A DNA stretch of 61,183 nucleotides, counting the filler, from Dugesia japonica (Eukaryota): NCBI GenBank assembly GCA_001938525.1. It is 6 parts of 6 records of this genome, joined end to end, with 100 filler letters (N's around TTAATTAATTAA, not from the genome) between each part and the next. Parts side by side here need not be neighbours in the genome. Positions count along the whole stretch, not along the records: positions 1 to 12,815 come from MQRL01518875.1; 5 more parts are not named here. The stretch is one strand, 5' to 3'. The notes beneath the pieces were generated by a model. That model made no database searches. It saw nothing but the letters and a program-made list of their open reading frames with translations, and was not told where the DNA came from. How positions within the stretch are numbered: the stretch's first letter is position 1; every line of letters starts with the position of its first letter. This document shows, in pieces, positions 1-12,815 of the stretch. The translations under genes were made by a program, and so were the position numbers.

Positions 1-202
1 TTCATTAATTAATAATTCACTAAATAATATTATGTCTATTATCTATTCTTAAATATTTGCAAATAAAAATCAATGNNNNNNNNNNNNNNNNNNNNNNNNN
101 NNNNNNNNNNNNNNNNNNNNNNNNNNNNNNNNNNNNNNNNNNNNNNNNNNNNNNNNNNNNNNNNNNNNNNNNNNNNNNNNNNNNNNNNNNNNNNNNNNNN
201 NN

Positions 203-520
203 GTACCGAAGACTGTTGCACTTTTTGCTTTGTATAGAGCATCATCCAATGTAAAGGCTGTTTGGAAATTTAATGGACAACAATTATTTCGGAGTAACAA
301 TATAGAACTAAACGNNNNNNNNNNNNNNNNNNNNNNNNNNNNNNNNNNTAAAGATGCTGGAACTTACACTGCCGAGATTAATGATGGAGCAACTCAGTTA
401 GTTATGACAATTTATTCAGTTGTATTAGGAAATCTGACATATAAAAATTCGAAACCAACTTATTCAGTCATTACACTCAATACATTAAACAAAATTGACA
501 CTTTCAATTATTTGATACAA
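203..520 (+). CDS. Internal exon encoding an immunoglobulin-like domain (partial gene)
   Basis: ORF has the Ig I-set hallmarks 'AVWKFNGQQL' (C-strand Trp) and 'KDAGTYTAEI' (D-x-G-x-Y-x-C with Cys replaced by Ala). It ends at a GTAAG donor at 521. Interrupted by N gaps. Confidence 0.55.
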
Positions 521-989
521 GTAAGACTTATAATATTATCAACCTATTTAATAAATTTAATGTAATCTATCGATTCATCAAATTTACCTAATTTAATGAA
601 AGTATTCAATACATTCGACATATTTATTTCATCAAGAGTACTTGATTACTTTATTCCATACAGTCATAAAGCCAATGAACACTACAAACATGATACACCT
701 TATAATCTAAGTCAAATATACTCAATAAACTAAATAACTTTCAAAAATTTTAATTAATCAAATATAATAAGCTCGTGAAGCTAAAGCATTGTATCCACTA
801 AACTAATCACCATACTTAATAAATATTATTATTTATCAAATACAATTAATGATATGCAAACTAAATGTTTAATTCATTTTAACCTGCTGATTTTATAAAT
901 TAATTAAATAATTAATTAAATCAATCAGATTTTATACCAAATACAAATGTTCTCAAAACGTTTAGAGTTATATCAACATAAAATAAATA

Positions 990-1520
990 TTAATAGGTGC
1001 AAAACTTTAAAATATCACAACTGACAAAATTCTAAAATATTACATCGGTAAAATTTAAATATAAACAGGAACAAAACTCAAAAATATCACTAGGGACAAA
1101 ATTTTTAAGAATAACCTTATAAAAATAAGCTAATAAGTATCCACTTGTATTAAATCAAATACTTCTATGGAAAATTAACTGGTGAAAATAAATTGAATAA
1201 CAATTAAAGGAAAATTTTATAAACTAAACAGAGGCAAAATTAAAATTCTATCGAAACAAAAATAACAATATAACAGTCTAAAACTTTAAAATACTACCAA
1301 GTTAAACAATTTAAAATGCCTAAAATTAACCTGTGTGAAAATTCTAAAATTAACACATAAAAAGCCTGACATAGAAAGTTAAATATCACTGTAGAAAATA
1401 TTTAACAAATACCATAGAGTCAAAAATATTGTTGAAAAATTCATATATAAAAAAATTACTACTACTACCTTGGAAAAATTGAAAACCAAACCTATGAAAA
1501 ATATTAAAAAGTAGAATTCA
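990..1520. repeat. Degenerate ~30-bp AT-rich tandem repeat, interrupted by the gypsy element and resuming at ~5750-6050
   Basis: Recurring AAAAT(T/A)...AAATATCAC/AAATTAAC-like units on both sides of the LTR element. Confidence 0.45.
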
Positions 1521-1523
1521 TAT

Positions 1524-1625
1524 AGTTAAATTACTTTCAAAATCAGTCTTCATTAAAATATTTATTATAATTCAAAATTACTCAAATTCTAAATATATTA
1601 AAACAAAGTGTTCATCATTGTAACT
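1524..1625 (-). repeat. 3' LTR (102 bp)
   Basis: Near-identical to 5646-5748 and adjacent to the polypurine tract. Confidence 0.9.
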
Positions 1626-4600
1626 ATGCCTCTCTTCAAAATGCTTTCCACNTCTTTAGCCATTCTATTCTTCTGTACTTTGAACTGTGAGGAAATTGGA
1701 TTTCTACTTGCCGATCTGATATAAACTTCATTATCTGATATGTTCCTTCATATTCGAAATCATTTTTTTTCTTTTGTGTGGTTCTACAAGAACTAAAACC
1801 AACTTCCCCACTTTGAAAATTCTCTGTGCACGCTTTTCATTTTCAAAAGTTGCCATTTTATTAGCTGCTTCATTTAAAGTTATTCTAACTATCTCAAGAT
1901 TACCTGGATTTTTTTTCAAAAATGCTTTCCGTCTTTGCATGCAAATTTATCCGTCTTCCAAAAATAATCTCAAAGGGTGGCAATTTTATCGACTCTGGAA
2001 TAGTAGCGTTTATACTGAACTCAATTCTTGGAAGTGATGCATCCCAGTTTTTCTCACTAAAATTTACTTTAAGTGAAGTTGTAATCATATCTCTTATCGT
2101 ATGAATCATTCTTTCTACCAGCCCATTCGATTGGTGTTGGTACGGAGAGCTGAACTCTTGTTTAATATAAACTTTGATAACTTTTCTGGCATGAATTTAT
2201 CCTCAAAAACCCTTCTTCTGTAGGTTTATACACTTTTCGGTTTGCCGAAACTATATATTATTCCGAAAATTGTTTCTTCATTTATCTTTGATATACTTAC
2301 CAGTTTTCTTCCTTTATCAATTTTCGTTTTTGCACAAATCACACATTTATTCAAGTTATTTTTAATAGCCTCCATCATTACAGGCCAGTAATAATTATTC
2401 TCTAAATATGAAAATATCTTCTTTATTCCTAAATAACATAATTCTTCATGAATATGTCTGATCTTTTCGTTGGTTATACTCGTTGGTACTATTATCAAAT
2501 TTTTATTTTCTCTTTCTACGACTAATAATCCATCATAAATTTTCAATTCACGATCAAGCTTATCCAAATAGTTTCTCTGAATGATCTTTTCNNNNNNTCG
2601 TACTTCGTTTTGCATTATTTGAATTCTTCTTTGTATTATTGGATCATCTTTTTATGCATTCCAAATTTTTTCTATGATGTTTTCATTCAATTAATATATT
2701 TTACTCTTGATTTTTCTTTCTTGCCATCCAAATGTACTGTTTAGCATTGTGAGCATAAACTCTCATTTATTCGCGATAATCCATTAGCATTGTTGTGTTC
2801 TCCCCCTTTTCGATATTTTAACTCAAAATTATATTCTTCCAGATTTGCCATCCACGTCTGAAATTGTGGGCTTATCGGGTTTTTTTGTGTTATTCATAAA
2901 TATCAGTGTTTTGTGATCTGTTCTTGCTTAGAATCTCTTTTCATATATATAAATGTATTTATTGCATGAAATGTACCACATATTCATGTAATATCAGCAA
3001 TTCTTTTCTTGTAACGCAGTTTTCAAAACTTTTTCTGAATGCTTCTGTCCACATCAAAGTTTTGTCACATCCTGAAATAGCTTCATATAAAGATGTTTCA
3101 ATTCTTTATGCAGATTATAGATGAACATTTTGGTTCTTCGGCATTTTTATTTCCTGAATCTTAGTTTCGTTTGTTTTTATTTCTTATGCACTTATTGTGT
3201 GTCCCAAAAAGACCAATTGTTTTTGGTAAATTTTGAACGTTTCTGTATTTATTCCCAATCTTGATTCTCTTATTCTGTTAAAAACGTCTTTCAAAATTTC
3301 ATTATGATCTTCGATCGTCCTTCCATACACTAATAAATTATCTAGATTTACAATGACACCTTCAAAAATTACCCCTGTCAACATATCATGCATCAACTTT
3401 TAAAACGTTTCTGGTGCTGTTGCCAACCCAAATGGAATCCGATTGAACCTAAATTGACCCTCTTTTGTACTAAACGCTATAACATCTTTCGAGCTTTCTG
3501 ATAGTTCTACCTGATAGTAAGCTTGTCCTAGATCAATTGAAGAAAATAATTTTGCACCTGTTAAGCAATCCAATAATAACTGGATGTCTGACATCGGAAA
3601 TGAAACTTTTTCAGTGATCATATTCTGTTGTCGATAATCAAACACACATTCATATCGAACCATTTTTATTTCCAACAATTACTAAAGATAAATTCCACGG
3701 ACCTTTACATTTGCTAATTACCCCAATACTTATTAAATTCTGTATCATTTTCTCAATTTTCTTTTCCAAGTGCATCGGTTGTCTCCGGGGATGTTGAACA
3801 ATTGGATCTCCAAATACTTTTATTTCGTGTATTAATTGTTTTGTATGTCCCATATCAAACTTAGACGCCATGAATATTTCATCAAACTTCGAAATTAGAT
3901 CATTTAGATCTTTGTTATTTGTTTCTTTGAAGACATTTAATGCGTAATTCTTTTTATTATCATTTGAATGGTTTCTTCCCAAACATTTAGTTTCAATGTT
4001 ATTAACTTCTATGAGTTTTATTCCGAAAGTTTTCATTGCATCTATTCCACCAAAGAATTTGTGGTCGTATCTTTTTAACTATTATGATTTTAATAACTCT
4101 CACTTTAACGCTCAGTTCTACACATCCTAACGGCTTTTCTCCTCGGCTCAAAAATATCTCATTTAATATGACGTTGCAACATAACAAGGATGTTTTTTCT
4201 ACCTTCAACCAGTAATTTTTGCTCATAACTGTAATCGATGCTCTTGAATCCCACAACATTTCCAATTTTACTTTATTCACGTCTACTCAGCTCCACTCTC
4301 TTCCGTCTTCTTTTTCATACATCTCTTTTCTGTCTTCATTATTTGAATTCGGGTTATTCCTTCTTAAACTAACTCCACTGACGAAGTGTATGCAACGGAG
4401 TTGCTTTGGTTTCTTTCTTTGACAATATCATGCATTTCAAAGCTTACATCTTCGTCGGTTTGCAACTTTTGTTCCTCTTGGCTGCAAAGAATTTTAGTAT
4501 TTCTGCTATTAGATCAACCTTGCACAAAATAGCATTGACGGAAATTGTGTCCAGCTTTCCTGCACATCAAACATTTATCTTTTAATGGGCATTTATAACA

Positions 4601-5020
4601 CATATGTCCATGTTCTCCGCAACAATAATATTTTCCTTCTCATAATCTTTCTTCTTGTGGTTCAGGTAATCATCTACATATGTTAAAATGATATCTTGCA
4701 ATCTGTTTCATCAAAACAGTCGGTTTCCTACTTAAANNNNNNNNNNNNNNNNNNNNNNNNNNNNNNNNNNNNNNNNNNNNNNNNNNATTTTCTCTGATAC
4801 GTTGACATTGTTGTTCTTGGTTTTTTATATTTTACATTATTATTGGTTTTAAAATTAATTGAGCTCGTCTCTCATGACTACTTCGGTCTCCTTTTATCAC
4901 ATTTGAATAGCTTTTTCTCTGTATTGAGTAAATATCTTCATTTCCAGCAACGCGTGGGAAATGTTCTTTATCTTCATATATCTTTTCCAGAGATCTCATC
5001 TCAACAACTTTCATTTCTGG

Positions 5021-5159
5021 TTGGCAATGAGCCAAAATTCGGGCACAATTATTTTTAAGCAGTTATCGAGCCCCCGCCCGGGGGGTCGGAAACACATTAC
5101 GCTTGAGCTGCGTTTTTTAACCATTATTTCTGTGATCGATTTTTTTTCCAAGATTTTTG
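5021..5159. repeat. ~140-bp dispersed repeat with a GC-rich core, inserted in gag (second copy ~8163-8308)
   Basis: TTGGCAATGAG...TTTTTAAGCAGTTATCGAG...GGGGGTCGGAAACACATTACGCTTGAGCTGCG...AGATTTTTG is shared with ~8163-8308. Confidence 0.8.
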
Positions 5160-5645
5160 TAAGCGTCTCTCGCAAATTTTGATTCCTGACTTTCTTTGTC
5201 AGCAAATCATTTACAATTTCGTCATTACTTAACCCTGAATTCAATAAGCAGTTAACTAAATTTCTTACTCGTATCTCGAACGTTGCAAATCTCTCTTCTG
5301 ATTCTTGTTTAACTGCTGCAAGCTCCATTATCATTTTTGTGATAGATTTCTTTATTGTAAAAGTGTCTACAAACCACTTTTTTGCATATTCTTTTCTAAT
5401 TCCGTCCACTTAAACTTTTTCCATAAAAATCCGGTTTCTTTTGATAACAAAAGATCAAAAATTCCCATCAAGCTTAAATCATTCACAATGAGCCATTCGT
5501 CGATTTCTTTCAGTCATGCTGCAGCTTTTGAAGCATCTTTGCCATCATATTTTTCTATATTAAAATTGAGTTTTCTTAGCAAGGCTTCTAAAATTAATTT
5601 TCGTTGTTGGCGTGTCAATCCATTAACATTTTTGGTGTGGTTGCC

Positions 5646-5748
5646 AGTTAAGTTACTTTCAAAATCAGTCTTCATTAAAATATTTATTATAATTCAAAGT
5701 TACACAAATTCTAAATAATATTAAAACAAAGTGTTAATCATTGTAACT
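5646..5748 (-). repeat. 5' LTR (103 bp)
   Basis: Near-identical to 1524-1625. Its terminal T overlaps the TGG of the PBS. Confidence 0.9.
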
Positions 5749-7369
5749 CATAATAAAAATTTTAAATCAATTTCAGAATAAACTTATGAAAAAATACTTT
5801 TGGGTAAAATTCATATATAATGCTATGAAAAATTTTATATAAAAAATTAAATACCACCTGTGATATTTGAAAATTAATCCAAATAAATATTAATCGATGA
5901 AAAATTACCATCTTAAAATTCTAAAATAAACTACTAAAATCTTTTTTAGAAAATTAAATACCACTGGGTAAAATTCAAAAATAAACTGTTGAAAATAAAT
6001 CAAATAAAATCAACTGTAAAAAGTTATTCGAGTAAAATTCTTATATAATAATATATTGAAATTTCTTATATATTATTATTATATATTAAAATTATGTATA
6101 TGTTATGTGTTATATGTTTATTGTATTTTATAAATATAATTTTGATTTATAATTTGTAAAAAAATTAAATATTTTCAAAATTACGAAAATAAACTAAGAC
6201 GTTGATGAAAGTAACAAAAAAATTTTCAAAAAAAGTCTTTTAATTTTTCCAAATTTTCGAATTTACCTTCTTCAGGAATTGAATTATATTTGTGTTTATA
6301 ATTTATAATTTATAAATCCTTAATATAATTGACTCTTAACATAAATGTATTAATGTATACAATAATTAAATTTAAATAAGAATTAAAATTAACCAATTAA
6401 AATTTAATAAAAATAAATTTATTCAAAAATTATTACTATTATTGTTAGATGAGTTTTGAGTATTCGTCGGATTATCAACATCAAAATTCGACTCCATATT
6501 AAAATTTATTTTAAAAAAAAATATTAACATTAATTTGCATTTTTTAAACAAACTTAAAAATTCATATTTAAAAACAGAAAATGCTAAATATTTTAATTTT
6601 AAATTTCAATACTAAAAACATTTTACATTCATTTACTTGTATATTTTATTATATTTAAAATATCTTTAAATTTTACAATTTATTTTATAAATTATTTTTC
6701 TGATACAAATTTAGATCCAAAATGGATTTTAATAAATGCCATTTTAAAATTAAAAAAATTTAAGACTGTTTTCAAAAAACTATTTTATCATTATAAACAT
6801 AAATCTTGAATAAATTTAAAAAAGTCAATTCCTAAAGAAGATAAAGTCGAAATATCTAATTAATCTCATAAAACAAATTTTGATCGATGTTTTTATTTTA
6901 AATGAATTCTAAACAATCTTTTCAAATTTCCAAATTCTATTTTAACTTTTCCAATTCCTGAACAATTCACTCTTTCTTTTGAGAATGCACCACTCAATTT
7001 AATATTGCATCTATACAAAGGAAAAGATCAACACTCTCTCCATAACTTTGTATGTATCACTGATATTGAAGCACCTGTATATCCACAACATTTCGAACAT
7101 TTTACTTCTAACTTTGACCATACTTTAAATTCTTCCATTATTCTTCTTATACATATCACAATTCCGGTTTTCAGTTTTTATTGTATTGACTCCACCGGAA
7201 TCTCTTTCGTTTAAATAGCTAACATCATGATTGATATTTAAATATTTATTTCTTTTATCCACATTGTCATCTTCATCCGAAATGCATTTCAAACAATTAA
7301 TGTTGTGAGTAGGTAGAAATATCATTTTTTGCAGAATCAAACAGCTTTGATTTATTGCCAACCTTTGAT

Positions 7370-8130
7370 ATTTTATTATACGGTGATGCAATGACCTGTG
7401 GCAAGCATTTAAAAGTCCACAGAATGTCAACGATGAAATGGCTAGAGAATGGTTTAAAGGAAAATGTTATGAAAGAAAAGTCATTTTTCCGAATTATTGA
7501 AGAATTTAGAGGAATTCGACAAAAAAAATTAACATTTCTTTAACTTTGAATTAAGAGTTTGGGGACCAGTCAAATAAATATTTGAATCAGAATTGACTGT
7601 GGAGGAAATTGCTCAGCAAATAATCAAGAAAAGAGTTGGTTCTGAAGAGCTATGAAAATCATTTGCTCTTAAACCAGAAATTAAGCCCAATGAAATGCGG
7701 AAGTTGGCTGAAAATTTTGAGAAGAACGATGAAAATTTGGCGGGTCACAAATAAATAAGTTTGATTTACTCAGAAGTGGCAGCTACAAGTTAGAATCCGA
7801 GAATTCAGAAAATTTATTAAAAAGGTTCTAAATATCATAAACCCAAGAATAATGAAAAATTGTTGAAGAATTTAATGATTACAAAACCAGTAGAGAAGAT
7901 CAATTTAAAAATATGCCAACAGTTTCCATGAAGTTTATTGCAAGGAAATTGTACAATCGATCAAAAGGACTCCTTCCATCAAAAGAACAATTAAAAAAGG
8001 CTCATGCTTTTGCTGTGATCTGATAGATCATATACGTAATAACTGCTGTCTTAAATTACGTTGCTAATTTGTAGTAAAACGGGTCACAGTTTTAAAAATT
8101 GTCGATTAATCAGAAATCAGATATATCACA
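7370..8130 (+). pseudogene. Degenerate retrotransposon gag remnant
   Basis: Gag-like 'KWLENGLKENVM' and decayed zinc knuckles (C-F-C-C-D-L-I-D-H-I-R-N-N-C; C-S-K-T-G-H-S-F-K-N-C) near 8005-8105, with many stops. Confidence 0.55.
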
Positions 8131-8162
8131 ACAGTAGGTAGATAGTGACACAAGGGCGCAAT

Positions 8163-8308
8163 TTGGCAATGAGTTAAAATTCAGGCACAACTATTTTTAA
8201 GCAGTTATCGAGCACCCTCTCCTCCGGGAGGGGGTCGGAAACACATTACGCTTGAGCTGCGTTTTTAACCATTATTTTTGTGATCGATTTTTTTTTCTAA
8301 GATTTTTG
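8163..8308. repeat. Second copy of the ~140-bp dispersed repeat
   Basis: Alignable by eye with 5021-5159. Confidence 0.8.
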
Positions 8309-9094
8309 GGATCAAAAAATTTTGATCTGATAAGTTTTTTTTTATCCTTAACGTGTGTGTGTGTATTTTTAAATTTTGTGTGTGTTTGGGTTGTTAAGGT
8401 GGTTTTTAAAAAGTAGGTCAAGTTGTGTTTATGTGTGTGTAAAAGACTGGAAAAAACGAGGAGGAGTAGCTGGAGATCTTGGAGATAATATTTTTGGGAT
8501 TTTGAAGATTTATTTGTTGTTGGACAAAAGTTTGGTCTATATATTGTCTAAAGGACTTTTGAGTTTGGATGGATGGTTTTCATTACAAGGGTAGTGGCAC
8601 ACGGGCACAAAATATGAGTTATCGTGGGTGGTTTTTGTTTTGGTTGTAGTTTTTTATGTTGTTGATGGAATGTTTTGGTTGATGGCTTGTTGGAGAGGTA
8701 ATGTGATGGTGAAGATGTTGGTTGTCGAATGTGCTTTGATTTTTTATTTTAAGGGCTACNNNNNNNNNNNNNNNNNNNNNNNNNNNNNNNNNNNNNNNNN
8801 NNNNNNNNNNNNNNNNNNNNNNNNNNNNNNNNNTGGAAAGAGAATTAATTATCGGATTTTATAAGATTTATTTGAAATTTTTTTGACTGTTAGTTTATGA
8901 CGTCATAAATTTTTGAAATAATTAATTTGGTAAACAATGCTGTATATTGCTTAATTTGATGAATTTAATGAAAATAATATAATTTTTGAGTTTTTGATGT
9001 AGTTTTGGTTATTTTTTCGGTATTTTGATCGGGGAAGTGTTGTTTTGTAAGATTTTCGACTGGGGAAAAGGGGAGTCTTGATATTTTTNAAAAC

Positions 9095-9410
9095 TTTTTT
9101 GGCGGGAAATTTAAAATTTTTTTTTGGTGAGAATTTAAAAAAAAATATTTTTGGCGGGAAATTTAAAAATAATATTTTTGGTAGGAAATTCAGAAAAAAT
9201 ATTTTTGGCAGGAAAATCTAAAAAAAATCTTTTTGCAAGGAAATTCTAAATAAAAATATTTTTGGCGGGAAAATCTAAAAAAAATATTTTTGGTGGAAAA
9301 TTCAAAAAAATTTTTTTTAACTGGAAATTCAAAATAATTATTTTGGCGAGAAATTGAAAAAAAAATATTTTGGTGGGAAATTTAAAAACAATATATTGGT
9401 TGGAAATTTT
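9095..9410. repeat. Tandem array of ~12 x ~27-bp units carrying an E2F-like motif (TTTTGGCGGGAAA)
   Basis: Three exact TTTGGCGGGAAA copies (~9098, ~9150, ~9261) plus about nine variants at ~27-bp spacing. Confidence 0.8.
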
Positions 9411-9444
9411 TCATTGCAATGGGGGGGAATCATTTTATTATAAA

Positions 9445-12400
9445 TAAATTAAATTAAATTAAATTAAATTTAATTTAATTACTTTTTTTGTAAGAGTAGC
9501 CTTGATATTTTGCATACAGAGTCTCTATATTTATGCATGTTATGGGCAGTCTTGATATTTTTAAAGTTATTATTACTAGATATTTATGCATGTTATGTGT
9601 AGACTTGATATTTGTTAAGATATTATTACAAGATATTTGTGCATGTTATGGGCAGTCTTGATATTTTTTAAGATATTATTACAAGATATCAGACAGTCTT
9701 GAAATTGTTTATTGTTTATATTTTTCTTTAGATAGCTCAATCTTGATATTTTTTTTTTGTAAGATATTGAGGCATTATTGATTTTTTATAAAAATATATT
9801 CTTATTCTTAAATTCATAGGCATGTGATTTTAAGTGTATCTGTGTTGCATCTGAGTGGGATACCTATTGCATTTATTTAAAAAATTCAAAATTGCGGCTA
9901 TGTTGAGTTTTAAAAATTCTCAGACTTGTGATTTTCAGTGTATGTGTGTTGCAGCTGTAATGCTTCTGAGTTGCATTTATAAAAGTATATCTAATAAAAA
10001 TAATCAAGGAGGGGAGTCTTTGTGATATTTGCATGATAAAATACAACTTTTATTAAAATATTCAAATAAAAAAGTTCAAAGAGGGGAGTCTTTGTGATAT
10101 TTACATGTTAAAATATATCTATCAAATGAAAAGCCTCAAAGAGGGAAGTATTTGAGATATTTACATATTAAAATTTATCTATCAAAAATAATCAAAGAGG
10201 AGAGTCTTTGTGATATTTGCATAATAAAATATGACTTTTATTAAAATATTCAAATAAAAAAGTTCAAAGAGGGGAGTCTTTGTGATGTTTACATGTTAAA
10301 ATATATCTATCAAAAGACTTTTAAGTGGTGGGTCTTTGTAATATTTACACAAAAGAAAATATCTATCAAATGAAAAACCTCAAAGAGGGGAGTGTTTGAG
10401 ATATTTACATGTTAAAATTTATTTATCAAAAATAATCAAAGGAGGGAGTCTTTTTGATATTTACATGATAAAAATATAACTATTAAAAATAATCAAAGAG
10501 GGGAGTCTTTATAATATTTGCATGATAAAATATATCTCTCAAAATACTTTATAGAGGAGAGTCTTTGTGATATTTACATGATAAAAATATGCAAGGTTAC
10601 TATGTATAAATACACTCATAAACCCTTTATAACATGGTTGATATGTCAATAAAACATGGTAATTTGTCATCTGAATTATATAAATAAATCCTATAATACA
10701 AGGTACCAATGCAAAACATACACTCATAAACCCTATTTAGTTATCAAAATATTTATTTATAAGTCTTTTTTTATATAGACTTATTAGCTATATGGAAGGT
10801 TTCTATGTTTTTTGACATTTTGTATAGAAACAAGTCTATGTTTTTATTATTTTGTATGGGAAATTGTCACTACATATGTGTTTATTATAGAAAACCTACT
10901 TCACCAATATGTTTTTTTGATAGAATTATTGTCACTAGTAATATGTTTTTTATAAGAACAATGCATCACCAATATGTTTTATTTTGGAAAATTGCATTTC
11001 CAATATGTTTTTTTAATGGAAAATTACATCGCTATTGAGATTTTTTATTAAAAATTGCAACAGTAATGAGATTTTTTATTAAAGATTGCAGCGCTTATGA
11101 GGTTTATTTNNNNNNNNNNNNNNNNNNNNNNNNNNNNNNNNNNNNNNNNNNNNNNNNNNTTTTTTATTAAAGATTGCAGCGCTTATGAGGTTTATTTTAA
11201 AGAAAATTAGCACTAGTAATATGTTTTTGAATAAAGTTCTATGTTATTTATCATTTTGTAATGAAAAGTTTTAATTTGAATATTTATTCATGTAAATATC
11301 ACAAAGACTCCCCTCTTTGAATTTTTTATTTGAATATTTTAATAAAAGTCATATTTTATTATGCAAATATCACAAAGAATATTTTTTGATAGATACATTT
11401 TAACATATAAATATCTCAAATACTCCCTTCTTTGAGGTTTTCTTTTGTTAGATATATTTTATTGTGTAAATAATACAAAGACCACCCTCTTTAAAGTTTT
11501 TTGATAGATATATTTTATCATGTAAATATCACAAAGACTCCCTTCTTTGAGTAATTTTGAAAGATAAATTTTAACATGTAAATATCACAAAGACTCCCCT
11601 CTTTGATTATTTTTATTAGATATATTTTTATAAATGCAACTCAGAAGCATTACAGCTGCAACACACATACACTGAAAACCATAAGTCTGAGAATTTTTAA
11701 AACTCAACATAGCCGCCATTTTGAATTTTTTAAATAAATGCAATAGTTATGACACTCAGATGCAATACAGATACACTTAAAATCACATGCCTATGAATTT
11801 TAGACTGTTCATTCCTTGCAAAGTAACAAGACTGGCTCATCTAAAGCAAAAATGTTTTTATAAAAAATCAATAATGCCTCAATCTCTTACATAAAAAATT
11901 CAAGACTGAGCCATCTAAATTAAAATATAAAGAAATAATCAATAATGCTTCAATCAAGACTATCCGATATCTTGTAATAATATCTTAAAAAATATCAAGA
12001 CTGCCCGATATATCTTGTAATAATATCTTAAAAAATATCAAGTCTGTCCATACCATGCATAAATATCTTAAGAAATTATCAAGACTACCCATAACATGCA
12101 TAAATATCTTTTAATAATATCTTAAAAAATATCACGACTGCCCGATATATCTTGTAATATTATCGTAAAAAATATCAAGACTGCCCATACCATGCATAAA
12201 TATCTTAAAAAAATATCAAGACTGTCCGATATATCTTGTAGTACTATCGTAGAAAATATCAAAACTGCCCATAACATGCACAAATATTTGTAATAATATC
12301 TTAAAACATATCAAGTCTGCCCATACCATGAATAAATATCTTTAAAAAATATCAAGATTGACCATAACATGCTCAAATATCTTGTAATAATATCTTAAAA

Positions 12401-12815
12401 AATATCAAGACTGTCCGATATATCTTGTAATAATATCTTAGAAAATATCAAGACTGCCCGATATATCTTGTAGTTTTATCGTAAAAAAATATCAAGACTT
12501 CCCATAAGTTGCACAAATATTTGTAATAATATCTTAAAAAATATCAAGTCTGCCCATACCATGAATAAATATCTTAAAAAAATATCAAGACTGCCCATAA
12601 CATGCATAAATATCTTAAAAAAATATCAAGATTGACCACAACATGCACAAATATCTTGTAATAATATCTTAAAAAATATCAAGTCTGCCCATACCACGCA
12701 TAAATATAGAGACTCTGTATGCAAAATATCAAGGCTACCCCATCTCTTACATAAAAAGTAATTTAATTTAATTTAATTTAATTTAATTTAATTTAATTTA
12801 ATTTAATTTAATTTA
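9445..12815. mobile_element. Foldback-like element: long modular inverted repeats (~9445-10590 and ~11280-12815) around a non-coding repetitive loop
   Basis: GTAGCCTTGATATTTTGCATACAGAGTCTCTATATTTATGC (~9496) is mirrored at ~12698-12738. A unique block at ~9770-9990 is mirrored at ~11620-11890. Inner ~58-bp subrepeats AAAGAGGGGAGTCTTTGTGATATTTACATG are mirrored at 11280-11620. Both ends carry (AATTA)n/(TAATT)n microsatellite. Confidence 0.88.

Larger units (their letters stand above)
1524..5748 (-). mobile_element. Degenerate Ty3/gypsy LTR retrotransposon (gag-PR-RT-partial RH-IN) with ~102-bp LTRs
   Basis: Direct repeats at 1524-1625 and 5646-5748 with AGTTA...TAACT ends. On the minus strand, PBS TGGCAACC follows the 5' LTR and purine tract GAAGAGAGGCAT precedes the 3' LTR. 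Flanks are CATAT/CATAA. Fragments: gag with CCHC knuckles, protease 'MLWDSRAS', RT 'FSSIDLGQAYYQV...FNRIPFGLATAPETF...NLDNLLVYG', integrase 'HEELCYLG...YYWP...C..C' and 'SPYQHQSNGLVERM'. Many stops and frameshifts. Confidence 0.93.

Noticed and set aside
5030-5110. Spliced-leader RNA or snRNA (Sm-like AATTTTGG after a GC stem on the minus strand)
   Set aside because: The Sm-like site is not kept in the second copy and no leader or donor structure is recognisable. Kept only as an unexplained repeat.
1774-5718. Plus-strand ORFs over the gypsy element (and similar antisense ORFs over the Polinton, pogo and jun)
   Set aside because: They are shadow frames of real coding sequence on the opposite strand and have no motifs of their own.
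9990-12700. Regularly spaced repeats resembling a CRISPR array
   Set aside because: Units are degenerate tandem repeats without unique spacers, there are no cas genes, and the context is eukaryotic. They are explained as Foldback subrepeats.
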